From Zootoca vivipara (lineage: Eukaryota), in NCBI RefSeq assembly GCF_963506605.1, contig NC_083277.1, forward strand, positions 33,542,001-33,606,000: a DNA stretch of 64,000 nt. Reading direction: 5' to 3'. The notes beneath the pieces were generated by a model, which was given only the letters and a program-made list of their open reading frames with translations, was not told the DNA's origin and ran no database searches. The position numbers and the translations under genes are program-made. Within the stretch, counting starts at the first letter, position 1; the number at the start of each line of letters is the position of its first letter. Shown piece after piece: positions 11,972 through 24,520 of the stretch.

Positions 11972-12656
11972 ACTGTAAGAAAGACATGACACCCCCTTGG
12001 GATCAAAATGGCCACAACTTTATTGATCACAGATGTAGATCAGATTTGGCAGAGGCACTGGGTGTGTATTCTGAATCAGCCAACCTGGTTGCTCATCTCC
12101 ATCAATGTCTGTCCAGGTGAGAGGATATCCTCCACTGATGCAGTTCTGACAAGGAAATCCCACCAGGATGACATTCAGCTCCCATCTAGGCTTTTGGGCA
12201 GAATTCCTACCCTTGGACCTCCTTACCTGGGTACCCCGAGTTCACCCTGGAATTTTGGGGATGGGCTACCCGTCCTGCTAGCTTTTGACTAAGGTTCCAA
12301 TCCGATGCCTTTTCCCTCCAAAGTTGTGATAATTGCTATGAGGGAGGCAAAAAAAACTCCAAATAGCCCAATACATGTGCAGGTAGATTCCCTTTTTGGC
12401 CCCAAATACAGTGACTGGAAATTTCCCCAGCATGCATGCACTGCCCATTTTCCACTGGGCAGAGCCACAAAATACAACCATTTTGGACACTGCTAGCACA
12501 GCCAACTTTTATGCCCCACAATCAGACCAGATTGAGAACTGTCCCTGCCAGGTCCCCTCTTTTCTGGGTCTCTGAGTAGCCCATTTAAATTTTAATTAAT
12601 TGGTGGGCAATCCTTGCAGCCAGCCTAGGCCAGTCCTGATGCCAGCCGGCCACACA
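11972..12656 (-). mobile_element. Degenerate solo LTR of the AATAAAGTTGTGGCC family
   Basis: Shares the polyA-signal block GGCCACAACTTTATTGAT and the internal AAGTTGTGA..TTGCTA.GAGG.AGGC block with 40955-41666 and 53865-54620. Boundaries approximate. Confidence 0.6.
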
Positions 12657-13892
12657 AGGTGATCATTTCTCACCCTCGGCCTCTGCCACCACTGTCAGAG
12701 TTACGATATGTGGTCTTTCCCTACACTGGGCAATGGTGAGCTGGCTCCTGAGAATTATTTCAAGTCTGAAACATGGGGGTGGAAGGAGCCTAAGAAGTTC
12801 AGCATCTCATTGTCTGGGTCAAGGTGAAAAGTGCTCCGTGGTCATTCAGTTTCTCATCTCACCTCCAGCCAATGATGCCATTTATTTAATGAGAATAATG
12901 GGGCAATCTAATGAAATGTACCTAGCAGGAAAGGTAGTGGATAGGGACAGAAGCTCTTCAAGGTCTCTTTCAGACCAAGATCCCTGCTTCTGTGGTCACA
13001 GTGATAGATCTCATTGAGTCACATGTTAGGCAGGACACCTTTTCAGCAGCGGGGGAAGGAAAATCACAATCAAGTAAATTAAAATAAAGAACCATCAGTT
13101 TGACTATCAAGCTCTAGGTGGCTGTGAGCAATCATTGCTGTGTCAGCTTAACTGGACTAGCGACTCTTGGCTCAGCACAGTAGATTTCCCCAGAGCCAGG
13201 GGAACAATTCCTCTGCTCCAATGCATCAAGTGCAGTAGATGGTTGTAGATTGACAAGCACGTTAGTTTAGATTGAAGCCCTTCCATTCTAGGTCTCAGAA
13301 GGCCCAGTCAAATGGTTGTTCTGATAAACTTCTATTTCTCTTAGATAAAATCCCAATCAAGGGGAAAATGAAAGAAAGCCATTTTACACAGAGATTCGGA
13401 GACAACAAAACTACTTTATAATTAAGAGTTTGTCACTTGTCTTTCAGGGCCCGCTCTCTGTGCTGCCAGCAGCATTGCCATCTTCAAATCAACAAGTCTG
13501 TAACCTTCTTTTCCTGGAGTGAAAAAATGGAACATGCAGAGAGTTGAAAGGAAAGACGGCTTTTTGAGGAGCTGTAAAAATACGTAGAAGAAATGTGATG
13601 TTTCTGGTAGAAGCAGTTCTTTATGGGCTGAGCTGTGCATATTCTGCTATAGTACAAACACCAGAATTGTCCCCTGTGATTTCTAGTTATTTGCAGCCTG
13701 TGAGATTTGCGGTAGGTTGGCAAGGATTTTTGACTCATAGCTACTTAACAATAGCAGCAGTGAAAGGATCCCCCACACGCCAGGCTAAATGCAGAAATGG
13801 TGAGCAGAGGGGACAGTCCCGGGTAACAAGGAGTAGCTTTCACATGGAAGGACTGTGAGCTCCATGAAGTTCTGATACTCAATACCAGAGGT

Positions 13893-14023
13893 AAGCCACT
13901 GATGGTCCCTTCCAGATGTTGTTGCACTTCCAACTCCAATCAGTCCCAGCCAGCATGGTCTATAGCCATGGGGATAGGAGTTGCTGTCCAGCAAACCTGG
14001 AGGTACCACTTTGGCTCCCCTTG
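13893..14023. mobile_element. Old palindromic hAT MITE
   Basis: Diverged relative of 17190-17325 (TCCAGATGTTGTTG...CCAGCAAACCTGGAGG). Similar remnants lie at about 39027-39165 and 55667-55792. Confidence 0.55.
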
Positions 14024-15039
14024 CTTATAACGAATTCCTAGGTCCAGAATTATTTAATTCTGTGGATATGTCTTTTGCACAGAACTCTGGACAATGGGGT
14101 GTATATTAGCTCAAATGTAATCAATGGACTTACTTGAAACAGTTGTGCTCTGAATTAAATTGCATCAATAAAATTAGTGGGTAAATTAGTTGTTTATTCA
14201 GGGACTTAAAGAGAGTTGGTCACCCTTCTTATATTTCCCCTGCCTTTAAATGCCATACACCATGCATCTGATTCCGGCTTCCTGTTCCATTCATATAGAT
14301 GGGATATATATTTTAGTTGAAGTAAATTATGACAGAAGATAAGCAAAATTAAAAAATGCAATTAACATTAAAAGGAATAATGAATTGTTTAATTACCCTT
14401 AAAATGAGGCCTTGTGAAGATCTAATAAGCTTCGGAGTGTTTCTCTTACTAGTCAAATTAACAATCAAAGGAATGTGAAAATGTTTGCATGACATGCAGA
14501 AAAGTTGCCTGGTCCAGTAAATAAAAGGCTGGGCCCAGAAATTTGGTGTCCAAAGAAAGATAATGCATCTTCTCTTTTTGCCTAATCTTTTCCTGACAAA
14601 AGCTGTTCATCCTTATGTTGGATCTTGCAATATCTCCAGAACAGGGAGAATCACAGTCAGTGGAGGGTCCAGTAGGACAAATGGCAGGGAGATCATTTCC
14701 ATAAGACTCTCGAGTTTGCCATGCTTTGAGAGAGATCCTGGGGAACTTGCTTCTTTAGTCATTCATGCCCCCATCCCTCTGCAACACAGAGTTCCTCTAC
14801 AGAAAGTTTTTATCCTCTGCTCTGCAGGGCAAATCACTTTCCCAAGTGTTAAATGAGGGTTACTATACAGAAACTGGGAATATATAGATATCATAAAGAA
14901 TAGTGAGCTTCTTAAGGCTCAGCAATATCTGGAGGGCCATAGATTCCCCATCCCCACTCCAGAGCCAAATAACTTTCCATATATTGTATTTTTGGGATAC
15001 TTAGTTATACTATAAGATTGTCCTGATAGTTGTTCAGTA

Positions 15040-15251
15040 CAGTGGTACCTTGGTTTAAGAACAGCTTAGTTTATGAACAACTTGGATTAAGAATGCTGCA
15101 AACCTGAAAGTAGGTATTTGGATTTGTGAACTTTGCCTTGGAAGCAGAAGAGTCCCCTGCTGCTATGGGAAAGCACGCCTTGGTTTAAGAATGCTTTGGT
15201 TTAAGAACAGACTTCCGGAACAGATTAAGTTCATAAACCAAGGTACCACTG
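15040..15251. mobile_element. Tc1/mariner (Tigger/pogo-like) MITE
   Basis: TIR CAGTGGTACCTTGGTTTA / TAAACCAAGGTACCACTG with TA on both sides. Confidence 0.85.
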
Positions 15252-17189
15252 TATTTCCATGCCACCATAATGTTTCTGAAGTCTATTCAGTATAGATCTC
15301 TTTTCCAAACCATTCCTTCTGGGTGGATATATATGCATAACACAATGTTTCCTAAAGATGCATAGGACTGGGCCAAACATCAAATGTAAGTTTAGCATCT
15401 CTTTTATTCTCATATAAAGGGTTTGGCTGGGATACAAGGAGCTACTTCAAATTGAGTTAATCCATTGAAATATTCCCTTTCTTTTCCCCCCCTCTTCTTT
15501 GGCTCCATATTGCAAATGGTTTCAGATGAGGTCTTCCATGCAGCATGGAGGCATTGCTGTCAGAGAGAAAAAATCAAAAGCATTTGTGAAACTGATTTCA
15601 TGGTTCTTTGGACCCAGCCCTCTGTTTCCTTCCCAACACCTCCCAGCCACCCAATCCCAAAATTCTTCTTCTTCTTCTTTAATATTGGAGAGGGAAAGAA
15701 GAACAACTTGTACTCCTCTTTAATCTCACCTGCCAGGAACCCTCTTAGTCACTAATGCTTTTATTTTAATTTAAAGCTGTATCAGTCCTTTAAAACACAG
15801 GCTTGTAATAGTCTTTGGAATGTTGACAAGTCCTTGGCAGTAGAGGCAAATGGAGCACCTTTGTAATCTATAATTGCTTTTTCAGCCTAGTTAAAATTAT
15901 CTGATTGCAATTGTTAAGATTCTTTTGTTTAAGTTAGAATATACTGCTCTGATGCTGAACTGCAGTGCAGATTTGACCTTTCAGACTTTCACTGAGATCT
16001 CTGGAGAATCTCTCTTTTATGACAGTAGTGTGAGCAGATCCCCCGCAGGGCCGTCCTGGCAATTTATAGCCACGTCACTTTGCGAATTAGGCATAATTTT
16101 CTGTTTAGATAATTAGGTAGTTATTTAGTTAGTTACTTCTTGCCTCAAATATTCATCAGAGGAAACAGCATTTACAATTGAATTATTATTATTGTTTATT
16201 ATTATTATTATTATTATTATTATTTTATTACTGCAGTATTATTATTATTTATTATAAAGCACTAAAAGAACTTCTTGCTTGTCTGGCCACAGCATTTTCA
16301 GGGCTCACCAAAAATTGTTTCACAAGTGAGCGTACACTACTCATTAGCCACAGTAGAGGCAAAATATTATCTGTGGTTGGGAGTCAGCCCCCATAGATTA
16401 ATCACCTCGGACAGAACCAGCCCTGAACCATCCAGAGGCTGTATATGCAAGGATCCAAATGGAAAATCACCATATATGATTCCTTGGGTGGCAATATACT
16501 TCCTCATCTCATCAGCACAAGATTTTCCATCTGCTCAATGAAACTCCCACACACTTTCTCTCCCCATACACACCCCTTGCTTTCCCTGAAACTGCTGCAG
16601 TAGGTTGGCAAAACACCCAGAACAGATTTAAGGGCACAAAGGAAGAGATGCAGTAACCAGACCTAGACATGCTTAACATAAGCAAATTGGTGGCCTCATG
16701 TGCCTTCAGACCATACCCATCTCCACTAGCTTATTTGGGTCATCTGTGATTAATCTGTGACGACTAATTGACGCCTGCAAATCATGTGAGCACACCTTGG
16801 ACAGCTGATGCGGAGACCCAGCAGGTCTCAGCAGGGCCTCCCAACCACAGGTAAGCGCATGCAGCTTTGCAGCCTCAGGCAATATACGTTGATATAGCCT
16901 TTTGCTAAGACAACCTCCTGCTTATTCCTGACGACAAAATGCTTGCCTAGATAAAAGCACCTTGCATTGCTTTCAGAAATAATTGTGGTTTTTATTAAAA
17001 AGAAAAATAGGTTCCATTCACTTCTGAGCTTTTCAGAAATGCTTTCATTTTATTTTTATAAAGATTGCCGCAATCTTTAAAATAGCTGTGCTTTTGAAGC
17101 TAAGATTTCCAGCCTTCTAGCGCAGCAAAATGACCGCTAATGTACACAAATATCCTTCTGGTTTATTACCATTTTTAAAAGGTCTATAT

Positions 17190-17325
17190 CAGGCACCCCC
17201 AAACTTCGGCCCTCCAGATGTTTTGGACTATAATTCCCATCTTCCTCAACCACTGGTCCTGTTAGCTAGGGACCATGGGAGTTGTAGGCCAAAACATCTG
17301 GAGGGCCGCAGTTTGGGGATGCCTG
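17190..17325. mobile_element. hAT (Charlie-like) palindromic MITE
   Basis: TIR CAGGCACCCCCAAACT / AGTTTGGGGATGCCTG with an exact 8-bp TSD GTCTATAT. Confidence 0.9.
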
Positions 17326-20300
17326 GTCTATATGGATTATAAGGAACTAAACCTCAAAGGATCCATGAGACTTACTACCAGACAGATAAGCTTAACACTT
17401 CTGCTTCTGTTAACAGGTGGAAGGAGCCTCCCATTAGTGGCAGTCCCAGGAGGAGGAGGAGGTGGAGGAGCTGCCACTCATAGAAGCCGCATGGCCACTG
17501 CATTTGGCTCCGCCCTCAGCTCCTCCAAAGGCCCTGACGTCACACGCCCACTGTCACGACATTGCAACACGCATTACGTCACTCGCAGTGTTGCCCCGCA
17601 TCACCCTCACAAGCTAGTGCCTCTGGTTCACAGCAATGAAATTTACCAAGTGACCTTGAGCCAGTCACTGTCTAAGCCTAGTCTACTTCACAGGGTTGCA
17701 AGGATAAAATATGCTGCCCCATACCCATGTTTATCGCCCTGAGCACAGACACTGTGTGAGATGATATCATCCTGCTCTGAAAATATCCAAAAGCTGTGCT
17801 CCCTGGGGGGTCCCTTTCCACTTCACTTCTGATGTCACATAGCTAACATTTACTTTTTTGCTATGTGCTAATGCCAGTTAAGGCAAATGAAGCCTATTTA
17901 GAGTAAAGGCAATGATCCTAAAGAGGTGGACCTTTTTTTAGTCCTTTCATAGCAATTCCAGGGGGGGAATTCATTGTAAAGGGAAGCAGCTTCCAATGCT
18001 GATGAAAACATTAGCAAACCACCACCACCACTTTGTCTCAGCACTATATTGTGCAGAATTACCAGACCTGGATAAATAAATGATTCATGTGAGTTAGTTT
18101 TGCATGAATAAATGATTCATTTCTTCTCTAAGCCTTGTTAGGGAAGAATATGAAATTAATGCAATTCCACGTGAATCAAAAATTCTATTTTTAAAATGCT
18201 GACTTAATTATGAGTGTTTGCTAAGCCTGTCTGTCTGTCTATCTATCTATCTATACTGTATCATATTAATGCTGCTGAAGAAAAGAAAAAACCTGAACTA
18301 ACAATAGGATGGCCCATTTATGGACATTCATTATAGGTGAGCTATTAAATATTGATGTTTCCATGTTTTTTCCCCATTCCCCTTTGGAATTGTAGCTCAA
18401 CTGTTGTTCTGAACACTTTCTTAACACTACTCAGAGTGAAGGAGTTTATCAAAGGAGTTCTCAACAAGCTTTGTATCCTGAGAAACAGTCATTATCAATC
18501 AAAATGCTTTCTTTGAAGTGGTCTTGCCTCACCAAGAAATAGAGAGAATAAGTGCCAGATGATACAAGCCCAGTTTCCTGTCAGTTTGCATTTCTTAGTG
18601 CAGAAAGTATTGATCTGATGTGTAGAGATCTTTCCTATTCTACTTAATTCAAGAGGGTTCTAGAAGCTTCTTTGTGTGAAAGAAACAAGCAGAAGGTTCA
18701 TGATATTTGGGTTATACCTTCAGAGAAGCCGAGTACAGCTGGCTTAAACTGGTTCTGTTATCTCTTTTAGTCAAGGTCATGCTGACTATAAATAATCAAC
18801 ATGACTTCATAAATTAGCTGACGAAGGCGTCCACATTGAAAGAGGGCCCTGTCCTGGGTTTATATATAAAGCACTTTGGCTTTATATATAAAACAACTCT
18901 TCCGTGAACAATACTGGGGTCTTGCCCTGAATCGACTCAGCACTCCAGCTCTATATAAAATGACACTTTAGAACACTTTTGGAATCGGTTTGATTGTTAT
19001 TGTTTATTGATACCTTTTGTGTCTTTTCATTGTAAAGTACCATTATATATACACATTTTGTGAATTCTAAGGTGCAACACCTATTTGAAGCTACATATGC
19101 TCCTGTGAACCTGAAGCTCTTTTTGTGTTCTGTTTAAATCTGTTATTCTCACTAGAATACATACCTTTATTTGATTGCAACTCATGAGTAGGTTTTATTC
19201 CTTACAGTGAAATTTCTGGCCAGAGTTCTTGGTATCTTTCCTTTCAACTATAAATATAGGCCAGAAGGAGCCTGGGCTTCATTTTCTCTTTCTCTTTCCC
19301 TTCTGGTGTGGTTTTCTGTACATAGTATGCTTAGTGTTAAGGTTTCGACTTATTATAAGTTATTGTAAATTTAAGTTAAGTCTGCGGCAACTGGATTTCT
19401 TATGGACAGTGCCAATCCTGAATTTATTGAATTTGTGACCATTCTGCTCATGCACCTTCAGTAGAATTAAAGCTCCGCTGGATGAAATATAAGTGCCTCT
19501 GGTCTATTTTTTGGGAATCCTGCAACGTGTTTAAGTTTTTACTCTGCTAACTACCGTATACATTGGAGTTCTTCTATTGATTGAGTAGAATTCCGTGACA
19601 TTCCCATCATTTCACATGGCTTCTAGGTACTTGGATGTCTACCTAAACAAAGCAGATCTCCCCTGAATATAAGGCAGAATAAGATTTAAATAAAACAGCA
19701 AAGTCTTTAGCACCCATTAAAAACCTCAAATAAGGGAGCCATTTTAAGTTTTGTGAGAAGGAGTTCCTCAAGGGCCACCAGTGAAAGGTCCTGTCTTCTG
19801 TGCTTGCATGGCTAACTGAGGATAAAACCAGCCTTCAAACTTCTGATTAAAAACAAAATTTCAAGATCTTAGGCTGTAAGATTACAAAATTTCACAAAAC
19901 AGTGACAATAGAAGGGGGCAATAATTACTTTTTTTAAAAAAAATCATGAAATATTCATAAATAATATTCTCAGTTGTTGTTTTTTAAAAAAATATTCTAT
20001 TCATCCCCAAAATGTTTGCCCTGATGTTTCATTACTGGTTGAATGCCAATGCATTTAAAGTATTTCTAGACGATGCCTAGAGGCTGAAATAAATTTAAAT
20101 CAGGAAGCCAGATTATCAACCCATTTTTCAAAAATGCAATTTACATTGTGTTCCTATCCCCTTCCTTCCAAATCCATATGGACATTTCATCTGCAATCCA
20201 AAACTTTCAGCGCAGATGTACAACCGGCAGCCATTGGACAGTGTCCCATCACCATATGGTGTTCAGCCCACTTAGCTACAGAAATAAACTGAAGCAGAAT

Positions 20301-20456
20301 CTAACATTTAGCTTGTAGTATTTTCTCTACATTTAACCAGCATATGGAAAACTCTCAAATCCTTCTGCCACATCAGCACCCACTTATGCATTCCTACACA
20401 CACTTATCTGAGAGAAAGTTGCATTGAATGCAATGGAGCTAAATTCTGAGCTGGCT

Positions 20457-20715
20457 TCTGGCGGTTCCCTCGTTGCGAGAAGCCAAGATGCAGAGAACTA
20501 GGCAGAGGGCCTTCTCGGTGGTGGCACCTGCCCTGTGGAACACCCTCCCAACAGATGTCAAAAAGGAAAACAACTACCAGACTTTTAGAAGACATCTGAA
20601 GGCAGCCCTGTTCAGGGAGGCTTTTAATGTTTAATAGATATTGTGTTTTATTCTTCTGTTGGAAGCTGCCCAGAGTGGCTGGGGAGACCCGGCCAGATGG
20701 GCGGGGTATAAATAA

Positions 20716-20748
<33 letters not shown>
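20457..20748 (+). mobile_element. L2 LINE 3' fragment with (TTA)n tail
   Basis: AGGGCCTTCTCGGTGGTGGCACC...CTGTGGAAC (RAFSVVAP..WN), followed by the terminal stem-loop GCCCAGAGTGGCTGGGG...GATGGGCGGGGTATAAATAAA and (TTA)n. Confidence 0.85.
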
Positions 20749-20749
<1 letters not shown>

Positions 20750-20810
20750 GATTCCTAATAACACCACAGTTTGGTAGAAGTTTTGTAATAATTCTAAACA
20801 TATTTGAATA

Positions 20811-21122
20811 AGAAATCAAGATAACAAACTTTTTATAAAAGAATGGAAACGGTTTATTGAATATTTACAAACTAACTTTAAACAGATAAGGACATTGGCA
20901 GGATTATTGTAATAACCTGCAGTTTCAAAAGAGTATATATTTAAAGTAGATGAATAAAAGAATGAGTTAAGTTGATTTAGAATGTGCAGGAAATGCAAAA
21001 AAAACACCCAAATTTAAGGAACCACAGAAAGAGGAGAAAGTCGAGTTTTGAAATGTTAGAATGATTGTAAAGCTACTGAAATGTATATAACTGAAAATTA
21101 TAAATTGAAAATCGAAAAAGAA
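20811..21122 (+). mobile_element. L1-clade LINE 3' fragment
   Basis: A-rich ORF2 end (FIKEWKRFIEY) and 3' UTR homologous to 26033-26421. Confidence 0.65.
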
Positions 21123-21526
21123 ATGTATTTGAAATACCACTAAATATATAGAATCCCTTCTGCTAATAGAGGTTCTGTATTATGTTGAAGGTCCCCTTTT
21201 ATTCATGGAAGAAGCTTGGATATGGCAGATTTTTGCTGATTCCCCCTTCTCTCCATAGCTCAATGCCATCCTAGTTTTCCAAAGAATCCACAACTCCCCA
21301 GAGCATTATTTGGGTGGAATGGACAGAGGGGTAATAAGTCACAGGACATTACAGATTATGACATCCCTGCACCCCATACTGATTTTCAGAATGCAATAAC
21401 CTGAAATCTTCTGCAGTAACATTATGGAATGTTCCTCTCAGAGAAGATCATCTGTTACCTTTCATTATATAGCTTTAGGCACCAGGCAAAACATTCATCT
21501 TCACCCTGGGATGAATAAACAATCTA

Positions 21527-21730
21527 CAATGGTACCCTGTGTTATGTGCCGCCCCGCCCCCCCTTACGAATGCTTCCGCTAATCCGGAAGAAAATGCCCC
21601 TTGTTGCGAACTTTGCGGTGCGGCAGCAGCGGGAGGCTCCATTAGCAGAAGCTCGCCTCGTGTTACGAGTGGTTTCCAGTTATGAACGGACCTCCGGAAC
21701 GAATTAAATTCGTAACCAGAGGTACCACCA
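21527..21730. mobile_element. Tc1/mariner (Tigger/pogo-like) MITE, related subfamily
   Basis: CAATGGTACC / GGTACCACCA termini flanked by TA. Shares GGCAGCAGCGGGAGGC...CCATTAGC and GAACGGACCTCCGGAAC with the other copies. Confidence 0.75.
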
Positions 21731-23252
21731 TATGGCCTTTTAAACTGGACAGATATGTTGTTTCTATTTGTTACTATGTCATGCATTTTTGCGCCTATGT
21801 CCAGGCCCATTGAACTCAATAGGACTTACTTTTGAGTAGGCCCTCATAGATTTGTGCTGCCCATTCCCTTACAAGTAGAATGCACTCTGTTTTGTTTATC
21901 TACATTTAGAACAACTGCTTTGCAAATAGCAAATAGTACCCCTCACTTACCTTCCCACCATTTCAATACTGGGAGATCATTTACCAATAAATAACATAAT
22001 GTATTATAAAAAGGGTCGGAGGCCATATTGTATTTTTTTATTAAAAAACAAACAAACACTTCAAATAAATATTTCAGTGGTACTTCCCTCTTAGAAGATT
22101 CCAGTGTGCACAAAGAGCATCTGACGTGAGCATCAGCAATAAAAGACAGCCTGATCTCTAAAATCTGTGAGTGTGGAAGTGGGGAGGGTGTTGCTTGCTT
22201 TTCAATATACAGTATGTATGCAAAACTGGGTTATTGATTGGGCAGAGAGCCAGAGATGAGAGCAGATGGAAATGGCATCATCTGAATCCTGTGAAGCAAA
22301 GATAACCTTCTGCACATTTGGACACATGTTTTCTCCAATACAGAGGGTTGGTATATTTATTTTTCTTTCCCTTTTGGCTTTCATATCTCTTTTTTGTTCA
22401 AAAATGGGTAAATATCACAAAGTTGCACTGCTTCTTTTTCTGGTAATATTTCATTTGCAAGTTTCAACAGAATTAATGTTAATAAAAGGAAATATTTAAT
22501 ACAAAATAACACTACCGGTACTTCAGAAATTCTCCCACTCTTTGAACATTCCGTGCCTAAATCAAAAAGAAGTTTTCATCCGAGACCTGAGATTCTGGCT
22601 CTCGTATGTCCTCCCTATGAATCTGCCGATGTCCCATGATTAGCTTCAGCTGTTCTCTCTCATCCCATTATGTTCCATTGGATTCATTCGCCTGTAAGTG
22701 TGGATAAGATTGGACTCTGAGTCTATTGATTGATTTATTATTTTATTTATTTGAAAAGTTTTATGACGTTGCCACATTCATTGTTTTTGGATGTCGCTCG
22801 TTGCCTCAGGAGTCCTAGGCTGAGAGAGGACGTAGAAATGTTTTAATAAATTAATCCATTGTTGGTTAACTTTATTTGAACACCAAACACGGACTGGACA
22901 GCCTTTCAGGAGACTGCCCTGAACAAATTAGGACACATGACCACCTTAAATATAAAAATGCAGAGGTGGTAATGTTAGAAATGCTAAACCTTAATTATTT
23001 CTTTACAGCTGAAACTTAACCACATTCATGTGGAAGTCGATCCTGTTGATGCCTTTGGGGGAAAGCCAAAAGCATGCCCCCATCTCCCTTAAACGCAAAA
23101 TTGATTGCACAGTCTGTTCCCTTTTTACTTTACTTAGGTCTTATTTGCAATTCAAACACCATTAAAAGATTTGACAGCATTGCTCATCACAAGTGGATAG
23201 TATTGTGCTTAAAAAACACAGAAGCAGCATTAAGAGGCAGTTAGAACTGATA

Positions 23253-23471
23253 CCACAAGGTACCTTGGGTTACAGACGCTTCAGGTTACAGACTCCGCTA
23301 ACCCAGAAATAGTACCTTGGGTACTTTGAACTTTGCTTCAGGATGAGAACAGAAATCGCGTGGTGGCAGCGAGAGGCCCCATTAGCTAAAGTGGTACCTC
23401 AGGTTAAGAACAGTTTCAGGTTAAGAACGGACCTCCAGAATGAATTAAGTTCTTAGCCCGAGGTACCACTG
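23253..23471. mobile_element. Tc1/mariner (Tigger/pogo-like) MITE
   Basis: Near-identical to 329-533. The right end GAGGTACCACTG+TA is intact and the left end is eroded. Confidence 0.8.
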
Positions 23472-24416
23472 TAGTTAAATTTGGGACATTAGGCAGCGAG
23501 TGATATGAGGTAGACATTTTGCTGAGGCCATGATATAACCCCTGGAGATAATTATGGCAATGTTCCCTTCTGTAAAATGGAAAAAACTTATGACTCGGCT
23601 CTGTGTGTGTGTGTGTGGAGAAGGAAATGAATACTGTATTATTTACATATTAAGGAGTTACATATTATTTACATATTAAACAGTTCTTAACAATTCTGTG
23701 AATTTGTGGTGGCTTTCTTGCGTTTTCTGTCCACATGAATAGAACTGAAAACTGTTACTTACAAGGTCATTGTGATTTCTTTCCTGCCTCTCTGAAGAAG
23801 ATTCTTGACAAATTTGTTATCACCTTAAATCCATCAACAAAAGAGATTTGGATGTTATCATGAGTAGAGGTGAGAAAAAGTCAGTGCTATTAATTGCAAG
23901 ATGACTGGGTGCTGAAAAGCTATGCAAGGCCATTTGGATAGTTCAGAAGCAAACTAATTGAGGTTGAAGGCCAAAGCAATAGTTTCCCTACCGCCAGGAA
24001 GCTAGAAAGCAGTGAAGTTTTCTTCCACTTTGCATTGTACATTAATCTAGAAAAGCACTTGCATAAAGTGCTTAGAACTTACCAGTATCATCTCCAATGT
24101 ATTGAATGTTTTGTGGTTGCAGCACTGACACAGAGATAATATTTTTAAAGGACCCTCATCCACAATATAAATACTCAGTGGAATCTTAGGGCTCATCCAC
24201 ACTTCCTCTTGTCTGACTGCAAACATGGAAAGCGACTCATCTCTGCCCAAAATTGCAAATCCAGGACCTCATTGGTATGTTGAGATTTTTAAGTATAATT
24301 GGTTTAATTGACACTGAAATGGGAATGTCTATGTATTGGTGGAAGGATTTAACTGGAATATTCCATTGAAGCTTTAGAAAAGCAAGAAGAGCTCTCTCTG
24401 AGCACTAACTGAGTTG

Positions 24417-24520
24417 AAACAAAATTTAAAACAATCCTTCCAGCAGCACCATAAAGACCAACTAAGTTTTTATTTTGGTATGAGCTTTCGTGTGCATGCA
24501 CACTTCTTCAGATGCACTGG
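24417..24520 (-). mobile_element. Penelope-like element terminal repeat fragment
   Basis: Minus strand carries a minimal hammerhead core followed by AATAAAAACTTAGTTGGTCTTTATGGTGCT, the usual layout of a PLE pseudo-LTR. Confidence 0.75.
24478..24515 (-). ncRNA. Minimal type I hammerhead ribozyme motif
   Basis: Minus strand reads GCAT-CTGAAGA-A-GTGTG(CATG)CACAC-GAAA-GC-TC-ATAC: CUGANGA box, stem II, GAAA box, UH cleavage site and stem I with one mismatch. Confidence 0.72.

Noticed and set aside
16786-16808. REST/NRSE-like GAGCACACCTTGGACAGC
   Set aside because: The left half-site has several mismatches at canonical spacing.
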